From positions 368,590,001-368,654,000 of the forward strand of contig OZ024743.1 of NCBI GenBank assembly GCA_964016885.1: a DNA stretch of 64,000 nucleotides, given 5' to 3'. The DNA is from Eledone cirrhosa (taxonomy: Eukaryota). The position numbers were made by a program, and so were the translations under genes. Shown here in pieces: positions 27,345 to 37,600 of the stretch (the first letter of the stretch is position 1; every line of letters starts with the position of its first letter). The notes under the pieces are model-generated. The model was not told the DNA's origin. It ran no database searches and saw only the letters and a program-made list of their open reading frames with translations.

Positions 27345-27695
27345 GGAGACATAGAAATAATTGGGCTGGATACCCAATCACACGGTTAACCCACTGGGAG
27401 TGAAGGACCCCTAGCCTTTGTCAGGGCATTCTTCAAGGAGAAGGCAACTCAGGAAACTGGGATAACTCTGACATAAAATCTGTGGCTCAGTAGTTACTGA
27501 TGATGTTGATCTTTTCTTCTTTTCGGTTACTGTTGCTCAGAGAGTGGGATTGGCTCAGTGCACAGTCTTTCCTCACTTTAAAAAAAATCTTCACGCACAG
27601 GCATTGCACGATAGAATTAATTGATAATTATTAATAATGTTATATCGTGTAATGGCCATACTCGATAACGAGGGAGCAGCTATCATGTATGTATG
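27345..27695 (+). mobile_element. Non-coding RTE-derived short element sharing the 3' tail of the C2H2-RTE
   Basis: Ends in ATGGCCATACTCGATAACGAGGGAGCAGCTATCATGTATG. Inverted copies lie at 48478-48830 and 49265-49590. Confidence 0.75.
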
Positions 27696-28118
27696 GGTGA
27701 CATTACGTTAGTGTGTATAGTATAACAATCTGCTATCAATGTGAAGTCTGCCAATCAGCAGGAGGCCTGAAGTGGCACATGAAAGTACATGGTAACTAGT
27801 AACTGATTCCTGTTGCTAAAGGTGATGTCTGTAGCATCTGTGCCAGAGAATGAAGAACTCTTGTAAGCCTAAAAAACTCAGGACTATCCCCTGTACAAAT
27901 GTCATTGCATGTTGTTTTGGCGACTACATCATTCCTCATATGTAGATAGCATCATGATGACATCTTTGAATATTTGAGAGCCAATATGTTGGTTGTTAGT
28001 CCAATCCAGACAGCTGAAGGAAGAGCTAAACCATGCACATCCTTCTAATCAGTTTCTTATTTTGCACTGTTGTAGCCTTAAAATAATACACCACTTTCTA
28101 CACTTCAAGCAGACGACA

Positions 28119-28180
<62 letters not shown>

Positions 28181-28240
28181 TCTCTCCCCCTCTCTCTCTA
28201 TATATATATATATATACATATACAGATATATATATATATA

Positions 28241-28491
28241 TAGTTATGTAATAAACAACATAAGATAATTATTTTATTTACCAGTGGTTTCTTGAAAGCA
28301 AACAAATCTGCTTTCAGTCATCAGAATGAAAAAATCCTGGTGTTTTTATTGAAAGTGGATTTGAAAAACAAATCCACTTTCAATGAAAACACCAGGATTT
28401 TTTCATTCTGATGACTGAAAGCAGATTTGTTTGCTTTCAAGAAACCACTGGTAAATAAAATAATTATCTTATGTTGTTTATTACATAACTA
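28241..28491. repeat. 251-bp near-perfect palindrome carrying a hammerhead ribozyme in each arm
   Basis: Arms of about 123 bp around an AAAAA loop at about 28364-28368, with one mismatch. Confidence 0.93.
28398..28460 (+). ncRNA. Type I hammerhead ribozyme (mirror copy on the minus strand at 28272-28334)
   Basis: TTTTCATT-CTGATGA-cTGAAAGCAgatttgttTGCTTTCAa-GAAAC-CACTG-GTA-AATAAAA. It has an intact core, an 8-bp stem II, a short stem III and a GUA triplet. Confidence 0.7.
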
Positions 28492-28557
28492 ATAAGCTCT
28501 GTAACCTACATAGAGCACTCTTTTTTCCTGTACCTTTCCAACGGAATTACTTCATTT

Positions 28558-28603
<46 letters not shown>

Positions 28604-28677
28604 AAGGAAATGTGGTAAGGAACCAGGTGGACCATAACGCACCAGAGTACTCGATACTTTGGGTAGTAGAGTGGGTA

Positions 28678-28784
28678 ATAGGAAAAGAGTCAGAACCCCC
28701 GACGGCAGATCTCAAGCCGTTTCGACAGCTATTTCTGTCGAAATGGCTTGAGCTCTGCCGTCGGGGTTCTGACTCTTTTCCTAT
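28678..28784. repeat. 107-bp imperfect palindrome
   Basis: ATAGGAAAAGAGTCAGAACCCC..CAAGCCGTTTCGACAG / CTGTCGAAATGGCTTG..GGGGTTCTGACTCTTTTCCTAT with a 6-nt loop. Confidence 0.85.
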
Positions 28785-29407
28785 ATATAACATTTCAAAA
28801 ATATTGGGGCACCAGGTAGCTTTGAAATTCTTAAAAATTGTAGATATGCCAAATGCAGAAAATAATTGTTACCACAGTCGATTTCTATAAAGAGGAGGTT
28901 AGCAAATCAGGTAAAATATCACTATAGATGGAAAAAAGTGACCAGCAGCCATTCTGTAGGTGACAAACGATTTCTGACAACATCCATCTTAAATAGAAAG
29001 CTGAACCAATTGAACCAATAGCTTGGATGTAAAGAACATTTCGAAAATGAAATACAATTACACCAGAAGTTCATAAGGGAAGGTAATAGGACTGTGTGAT
29101 GTTCATTCTGTTGCAAGCTTTCAAACTAGGTCGGTTGTCTACAGATAACTTGATATCTTTCCCCTTTTCTCTTTCAAAACTCTACAAAATGGTTATGGCT
29201 ACTGTCATTTATTACTCTGATTAAGCCATTAAAATAATCTTATAATTTGATGTCCTATTTTTGATGACCTGCCCAATCCAGCAAGGACACCTAGAGTGGT
29301 TCTCTAATTCACCTTCCTTGCCCAATCCTGACTCCCTTCACACTTACATACCACATACACACGCACTCGCACATGTGTGTGTGTGTTTGTGTGTGTGTAA
29401 GTGTGTG

Positions 29408-29447
<40 letters not shown>

Positions 29448-29451
<4 letters not shown>

Positions 29452-30369
29452 CAGTGGGAGAGGGTGCTCTGAAAGTACAATAGCTAGAGTCAGAACTGGA
29501 TGGAAAAAGTTCAGAGAGCTTATACCACTATTAGCCGCTAAAGGGTTCTCCCTAAAAATGAAAGGCAGGCTGTATGATGCCTGCATACGAACAGCAATGT
29601 TGCATGGCAGTGAGACCTGGAAATTGTGTGCAGAGGATATACGCAGACTAGAGAGGAACGAAGCTTGCATGCTCTGCTGGATGTGTAATAGTAATATACT
29701 TGAACGGCAAAGCATTAACAAACTAAGGGAAAAATTAGAAATAAGAGGGATCAGATGTTGTTTACTCGTGAGAAGGCTACGTTGGTATGGTCACGTGATG
29801 CACATGAAAGACGACAGCTGTATAAAAAAGTGCAGGGCAATAAAAATAGACGGTAGCCACGGAGTAGGCAGACCCAGAAAAACCTGGGACGACTTGATAA
29901 ATTCCGACCTCACACACTTACACCTCTCCAAGACAATGTCACTGGACCGAGATCTTTGGCAGTACACAGTGTAATAGAGAAGACCCGCCTTACATAAATA
30001 CAAAGTAAAACCTACTACAGTCAGTAGGCACCTCTAACAAAATAACCCCCCCCCCCCCCCATCCACCCCCCTTCCAATGTAAAGTTATGTTGGTATCACA
30101 ACATCCAGGCCGAAACAAATGAGGTCGTGTAGGTGTCACGACAAAAAAAACACACAGTCCACGCTGTAATGTGGCCGTGTAGGTAACACGGTAAAAACCT
30201 CCCAGTTCCACACTGTAAATGTGGTTGGTGTTAGGAAGGGCATCCAGCCGTAGAAAACCCGCCAGACAGTCCTATGCGAGCAAGACAACCACTCTTGCCT
30301 CAAGTGGGAAAACTCCCATCCAAACCCATGCAAGCGTGGAATATGGACGTTAAACGATGATAATGATGA

Positions 30370-30372
<3 letters not shown>
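29448..30372 (+). mobile_element. RTE 3' fragment with 3'UTR and (GAT)n tail
   Basis: ORF 29261..29974 has WKKFRELIPLL, AMLHGSETW, RRLRWYGHV and GRPRKTW. Confidence 0.92.
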
Positions 30373-30415
<43 letters not shown>

Positions 30416-30509
30416 CGATCGACTTTCGTCAAATCGGACCGAGGAAACAATGTTTCCTTTGGTCTTTCCAATTGCTAATGCTATCTATCGGTCGGAACTC
30501 CAGGTAGAA

Positions 30510-30628
30510 GGAGCAACGTGAAATAAAGTGTCTTGCTCAAGGACATAACGCATCGCCTGGTCCAGGAATCGAACTCACAACCTTACGATTGCGAATCCAA
30601 TTCTCTAAACACTCAGCCACACGCCTTC
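30510..30628 (-). mobile_element. tRNA-headed CORE-type SINE 5' part
   Basis: Minus strand: TGGCTGAGTG (A-box), GAGTTCGATTCC (B-box), then TGTCCTTGAGCAAGACACTTTA. Confidence 0.75.
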
Positions 30629-30640
30629 ACACATACACAC

Positions 30641-30725
<85 letters not shown>

Positions 30726-30789
30726 GTGGTAGAACACTGGAAGTTAATATCCGTAGTGGTAGACCACTCAATCCATGGGACGAGTTAGG

Positions 30790-32397
30790 TAGAAGTGGTT
30801 ACACAACAGTTAGTTCACCATACCGAGAACAATTGTTTCACCTTAGCCGATCCTCACCTCGTAATGGACATGGTTATACGGAACAGGAAGGACAATCGTA
30901 CGAACGCGCATACACAGAAACGATCACTTCACACAGGCAATACTAAATTGCGTGCGAGATGTGTAAGGGAGATAACTGCGAAAGTCCGAAAGTTTCTAGT
31001 TGATAAGAAAATTAGGATGTTGTTGTAATTCAATCCGGAGCTTTGTAGTTATGTAAGAGGTGTTTCCAGACGTGTGGACAACGTCTGAAGAATTCATTTC
31101 TTGAGTTTAGGTAATCACTCTTTAGAATATTTATTCGTTCATCAATACATAGTCCACACGACGGATTTCCCCTTGCGTATGGCTTGGACTTAGTGATGGC
31201 TTTCCATTGAACGGAGTAGTCTATACTTGAGTCCTTGAGGGACCATATGTGGCTCGCGAGTTTCGTGGATGAACGTCTGTCCAGGTACCTAAAGGTCGAC
31301 TGGTGGTTCAGAAAGCGTTCCTTAAATTGGCCCTCCGCCATACCCACATAGGATTTGACCTCCTGTGGTTGATTTGGTAGGTGTGTACTGGAATCTCAAA
31401 CCTATTTTTGACAGAGCGGCACTCTACTATAACACGGCACTAGCTAACAGCGGCTTCTCGCAACCTATCACTTACTCTCCCACTTACAACAACAGCAATA
31501 AGAAAAGAAAGCGTAACAATAGACAAACTATCTGGTTCTCTCCTCCCTTCTCACTCAACGTTAAAACCAATGTAGGCAAACAATTTCTAGCCCTCTTAGA
31601 TAGACACTTTCCCATAGGTCATAACCGACACAAAGTAAAACTAGGATATTCCTGCGCTAAGAACATGAAGGCCCACATCACCAACAGCCCTAAGAGCAAC
31701 ACCCCACCAGGGTGCTCTTGCCGTAAGCCTGAAGCTTGTCCTCTTCAACAGCAATGCAACACATCTTCTGTAGTTTATGAAGCTGTGGTCACTTCCAACC
31801 GACCAAATCAACCACAGGAGGTCAAATCCTATGTGGGCATGGTGGAGGGCCGATTTAAGGAACGCTTCCTGAACCACCAGTCGACCTTTAGGTACCCGGA
31901 GAGACGTTCATCCACGAAACTCGCGAGCCATGTATGGTCCCGCAAGGACTCAAGTATATACTACTCCATTCAATGGAAAGCCATCACTAAGTCCAAGCCA
32001 TACGCAAGGGGAAATCCGTCGTGTGGACTATGTATTGATGAACGAATAAATATTCTAAAGAGATTACGCAATAGTGATTGCCTAAATTCAAGAAATGAAT
32101 TCTTCACACGTTCTCCACACGTCTGGAAACACCTCTTACATAACTACAAAGCTCCGGATTGAATTACAACAACATCCTAATTTTCTTATCAACTAGAAAC
32201 TTTCGGACTTTCGCAGTTATCTCCCTTACACCTCTCGCACGCAATTTAGTATTGCCTGTGTGAAGTGATCGTTTCTGCGCATGCGCGTTCGTACGGTTGT
32301 CCTTCCTGTTCCGTATAACCATGTCCATTACGAGCTGAAGATTCGCAAAGGTGAAACAATTGTTCTCGGTATGGTGAACTAACTGTTGTGTAACCAC

Positions 32398-32402
<5 letters not shown>
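30790..32402 (+). mobile_element. Penelope-like element (Naiad-type), 5'-truncated, with inverted pseudo-LTR
   Basis: ORF 31365..32162 has IWFSPPFS, a CSCRKPEAC (CxCx5C) linker, GIY-YIG-like VVY..YVG..FKER..H, CGLC..E and LNSRNE. 30790-31378 is an inverted copy of 31802-32402. Confidence 0.92.
32331..32368 (+). ncRNA. Minimal hammerhead ribozyme in the PLE 3' region (mutated mirror copy at 30824-30861, minus strand)
   Basis: CGAG-CTGAAGA-ttcgcaaaggt-GAAAC-AATT-GTT-CTCG, with palindromic stem III ACAATTGT. Stem II is weak. Confidence 0.7.
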
Positions 32403-32493
<91 letters not shown>

Positions 32494-33409
32494 ACCCCTG
32501 CTAGCAGGGAGAAACATCATTAAATGATGATGATAAGGATAAGTTATGATCTTCTTTAGTCAAGGCTGACCATGGGTATATATATATATGAAATTTGCAA
32601 TGTAGTAGTTCCAACGCAGATGACTATAATTATAGGTGATCCCTACAAATCATAGTTGAAAAATTGGATAAAGCACCCCATGAGACAAAAAAGGGACAAA
32701 GAATCCTGTGAAAAATTTAACTCTGTATCTCTTAAATACCAGATAAATGCATTAACCATTACACTAAGGAGTTTCTGGCCATGTATTGCAGTCTTTTAAC
32801 CTGTAGCTAAATTATGAATCTTCTAGTTACAAGCTTAACATTTTCTAAAAAAAGCAATCTTGACATTGACACTCTCCATAAGGGCAAATCCTTTGATGAG
32901 AGATCCAATGACCTTTGATAAAGATATGAACTTCACAGAATCTCGCTCCTCAGTTCACCTTTCTCTTCTACCTAAACCTGAGGTGGTGCACCAATATGAG
33001 ATATGAATTCTTCAAGTTTTATTTTCATACGTATCTAAGTAGATTCTCATCTTAATCTTTGTCATTTGATCTATCTGTAAGTTACCATGAACAAAATAAT
33101 GTGTTACATATTTACAGTTAATATATATAATGTGGCTTAGATTTTCAAATGTCTTTTGGGAGTCATTTCATAGAATTGGAATACTGCCAACCTATCATAT
33201 TGTGTTGAAATTTATATGAGAAGCATTTTTTTAAATTTTACAGTTTTTCTTTTCAATCTATCCAGGAACCAGCAAAGCATTTCTGACGTAAATTAAGTGG
33301 CATGAGAAAAGAAAAATTCTTATGTGTCTACAGAAAATAAATCAAAAAGAGAAAAATGTCATTGCACTTTGATGGAAATTAATACATTTTTTTTTATTCA
33401 ATGTTGCTT

Positions 33410-33602
33410 GCTGAAGTCATGTAAGCACTCTGTTGTTATAGTGCTGAAGTCATGTGGGTACTCTGTTGTTATAGTGCTGAAGTCATGTGGGTACTCTGTT
33501 GTTATAGTGCTGAAGTCATGTGGGTACTCTGTTGTTATAGTACTGAAGACATGTGGGTACTCTGTTGTTATAGTACTGAAGACATGTGGGTACGCTGTTG
33601 TT
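33410..33602. repeat. 5' stub (about 6 units) of the 33-bp array
   Basis: Same unit, CTCTGTTGTTATAGT(G/A)CTGAAG(T/A)CATGTGGGTA; the first unit is degenerate (GTAAGCAC). Confidence 0.95.
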
Positions 33603-34617
33603 TTTTTGTTCTTGTTAGTGCCCTATAGGATATTTAATTACAAATATAAGGTTCTAAAAACCTTCGTTAAGTACAAACCATTACTTCCCTATGGACAACA
33701 GATGCTGCACATCAGGTCCGAACCCAGAAGAGCTGAACTCCCACTGTCATCGCCTCCATCTCTCTTGCCCTCCCATCTCTCTGTATTATGAGCAAATAGG
33801 GTCCCACGGTCCCAGCGGACAGAATGGAGAAGGCGTTTCCCCAGAGGATGGTAAGGGAAATGCGCTGGAAGAGCCATTCCATGTCACAAGGCTCATACCT
33901 GTGGCTAGCCAGCTCAGTGCTTATGGTGGTGAGTAGGGAGGTAGCCCTAGGACCAGGGACACCAGAAGTCTCCACTGCTAGGGGCTTGATTGCAAACCTG
34001 TCAGAGAGCGACTGATACTTGGAGAGTTTGCCCTTCTCAGCCTAAAGTGTAGTAGAACCTGGGTTAGTCACAGACTGCACAAGGTTGCTGCTGGAGAATG
34101 TGTCATGCATGTGGCTTCCCAGACGAAGGATTTACCACTGCAGAACGGAAAGATGGTCATACCGTCTGGCCTTTTGCCATCCCCTCAGTCTAGCCCCACT
34201 GGCTCAAGCTGGGAGGAGAAGCCTGCAGCATCCAAGCCATGCTTTATGACCTCATTGAAAGTGGCATGGTGTGGAAGGTGGCCGGCACTGTAGTGACAGG
34301 AAAGCAGGTAGAGGCCGAAAGAGTCCACGGTAGATCCTCAGTGACATTTGTGTGGCTTGTAGATCCAGAGGCCAAGCCTCAAGGAAACCCGGATGTGCAG
34401 GCTATCGTTGTCCAACTGCGTGCCAGTGGCGAAGGAGGGTAAGGCATGGAGCCAGGCATCACTGTGGGGCTGTGAGGCCGTGCGAAAACATGCAAGGCGG
34501 TGCTGGTCAAGCTGGCGCACTGGCCTGTTTGAGGCCAGGCTGCACTGGATGGCATCCCAAATGCTCTGGGGAGACTTGAGGTCTGCAGGGGGAGAAAGAG
34601 GAGGGATGTCAAGATTG
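33603..34617 (-). mobile_element. CRE-like non-LTR retrotransposon 3' fragment (Zn knuckle + restriction-like endonuclease) inserted in the 33-bp array
   Basis: Minus strand reads [52 protein letters not shown] and WLFQRISLTILWGNA. The A-rich tail is at the 33603 side; candidate TSD C(G/T)CTGTTGTT. Confidence 0.82.
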
Positions 34618-37600
34618 CTCTGTTGTTATAGTGCTGAAGTCATGTGGGTACTCTGTTGTTATAGTACTGAAGTCATGTGGTTACTCTGTTGTTATAGTGC
34701 TGAAGTCATGTGGGTACTCTGTTGTTATAGTACTGAAGTCATGTGGTTACTCTGTTGTTATAGTGCTGAAGACATGTGGTTACTCTGTTGTTATAGTGCT
34801 GAAGTCATGTGGGTACTCTGTTGTTATAGTACTGAAGTCATGTGGTTACTCTGTTGTTATAGTGCTGAAGACATGTGGTTACTCTGTTGTTATAGTGCTG
34901 AAGTCATGTGGGTACTCTGTTGTTATAGTACTGAAGTCATGTGGTTACTCTGTTGTTATAGTGCTGAAGTCATGTGGGTACTCTGTTGTTATAGTGCTGA
35001 AGACATGTGGGTACTCTGTTGTTATAGTACTGAAGTCATGTGGTTACTCTGTTGTTATAGTGCTGAAGTCATGTGGGTACTCTGTTGTTATAGTGCTGAA
35101 GACATGTGGGTACTCTGTTGTTATAGTGCTGAAGTCATGTGGGTACTCTGTTGTTATAGTACTGAAGTCATGTGGTTACTCTGTTGTTATAGTGCTGAAG
35201 ACATGTGGGTATTCTGTTGTTATAGTGCTGAAGTCATGTGGGTACTCTGTTGTTATAGTACTGAAGTCATCTGGTTACTCTGTTGTTATAGTGCTGAAGA
35301 CATGTGGGTACTCTGTTGTTATAGTACTGAAGTCATGTGGTTACTCTGTTGTTATAGTACTGAAGACATGTGGGTACTCTGTTGTTATAGTACTGAAGTC
35401 ATGTGGTTACTCTGTTGTTATAGTGCTGAAGTCATGTGGGTACTCTGTTGTTATAGTGCTGAAGACATGTGGGTACTCTGTTGTTATAGTGCTGAAGTCA
35501 TGTGGGTACTCTGTTGTTATAGTGCTAAAGACATGTGGGTACTCTGTTGTTATAGTGCTGAAGTCATGTGGTTACTCTGTTGTTATAGTGCTGAAGTCAT
35601 GTGGGTACTCTGTTGTTATAGTGCTGAAGACATGTGGGTACTCTGTTGTTATAGTACTGAAGTCATGTGGTTACTCTGTTGTTATAGTGCTGAAGTCATG
35701 TGGGTACTCTGTTGTTATAGTGCTGAAGACATGTGGGTACTCTGTTGTTATAGTGCTGAAGTCATGTGGGTACTCTGTTGTTATAGTACTGAAGTCATGT
35801 GGTTACTCTGTTGTTATAGTGCTGAAGACATGTGGTTACTCTGTTGTTATAGTGCTGAAGACATGTGGGTACTCTGTTGTTATAGTACTGAAGTCATGTG
35901 GTTACTCTGTTGTTATAGTACTGAAGACATGTGGGTACTCTGTTGTTATAGTACTGAAGTCATGTGGTTACTCTGTTGTTATAGTGCTGAAGTCATGTGG
36001 GTACTCTGTTGTTATAGTGCTGAAGACATGTGGGTACTCTGTTGTTATAGTGCTGAAGTCATGTGGGTACTCTGTTGTTATAGTACTGAAGTCATGTGGT
36101 TACTCTGTTGTTATAGTGCTGAAGACATGTGGGTACTCTGTTGTTATAGTACTGAAGTCATGTGGTTACTCTGTTGTTATAGTACTGAAGACATGTGGGT
36201 ACTCTGTTGTTATAGTACTGAAGTCATGTGGTTACTCTGTTGTTATAGTGCTGAAGTCATGTGGGTACTCTGTTGTTATAGTGCTGAAGACATGTGGGTA
36301 CTCTGTTGTTATAGTGCTGAAGTCATGTGGGTACTCTGTTCTTATAGTGCTAAAGACATGTGGGTACTCTGTTGTTATAGTGGTGAAGGCATGTGGGTAC
36401 TCTGTTGTTATAGTACTGAAGTCATGTGGTTACTCTGTTGTTATAGTACTGAAGTCATGTGGTTACTCTGTTTTTATAGTGCTGAAGTCATGTGGTTACT
36501 CTGTTGTTATAGTGCTGAAGACATGTGGTTACTCTGTTGTTATAGTGCTGAAGTCATGTGGGTACTCTGTTGTTATAGTGCTGAAGTCATGTGGGTACTC
36601 TGTTGTTATAGTGCTGAAGTCATGTGGGTACTCTGTTGTTATAGTGCTGAAGTCATGTGGGTACTCTGTTGTTATAGTGCTGAAGTCATGTGGGTACTCT
36701 GTTGTTATAGTACTGAAGTCATGTGGGTACTCTGTTGTTATAGTACTGAAGTCATGTGGTTACTCTGTTGTTATAGTACTGAAGTCATGTGGTTACTCTG
36801 TTGTTATAGTGCTGAAGTCATGTGGTTACTCTTTTGTTATAGTGCTGAAGTCATGTGGTTACTCTGTTGTTATAGTACTGAAGTCATGTGGGTACTCTGT
36901 TGTTATAGTACTGAAGTCATGTGGTTACTCTGTTGTTATAGTGCTGAAGTCATGTGGTTACTCTGTTGTTATAGTGCTGAAGACATGTGGTTACTCTGTT
37001 GTTATAGTGCTGAAGTCATGTGGGTACTCTGTTGTTATAGTGCTGAAGTCATGTGGTTACTCTGTTGTTATAGTGCTGAAGACATGTGGTTACTCTGTTG
37101 TTATAGTGCTGAAGTCATGTGGGTACTCTGTTGTTATAGTGCTGAAGTCATGTGGTTACTCTGTTGTTATAGTGCTGAAGACATGTGGTTACTCTGTTGT
37201 TATAGTGCTGAAGTCATGTGGTTACTCTGTTGTTATAGTGCTGAAGACATGTGGTTACTCTGTTATTATAGTGCTGAAGTCATGTGGGTACTCTGTTGTT
37301 ATAGTACTGAAGTCATGTGGGTACTCTGTTGTTATAGTACTGAAGTCATGTGGTTACTCTGTTGTTATAGTGCTGAAGTCATGTGGTTACTCTGTTGTTA
37401 TAGTGCTGAAGACATGTGGTTACTCTGTTGTTATAGTGCTGAAGTCATGTGGGTACTCTGTTGTTATAGTGCTGAAGTCATGTGGTTACTCTGTTGTTAT
37501 AGTGCTGAAGACATGTGGTTACTCTGTTGTTATAGTGCTGAAGTCATGTGGGTACTCTGTTGTTATAGTGCTGAAGACATGTGGGTATTCTGTTGTTATA

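Noticed and set aside
32560-33400. Host exons upstream of the array (e.g. acceptor-like TTTTCAATCTATCCAG at about 33265)
   Set aside because: No recognisable coding homology or consistent exon chain can be supported from sequence alone.
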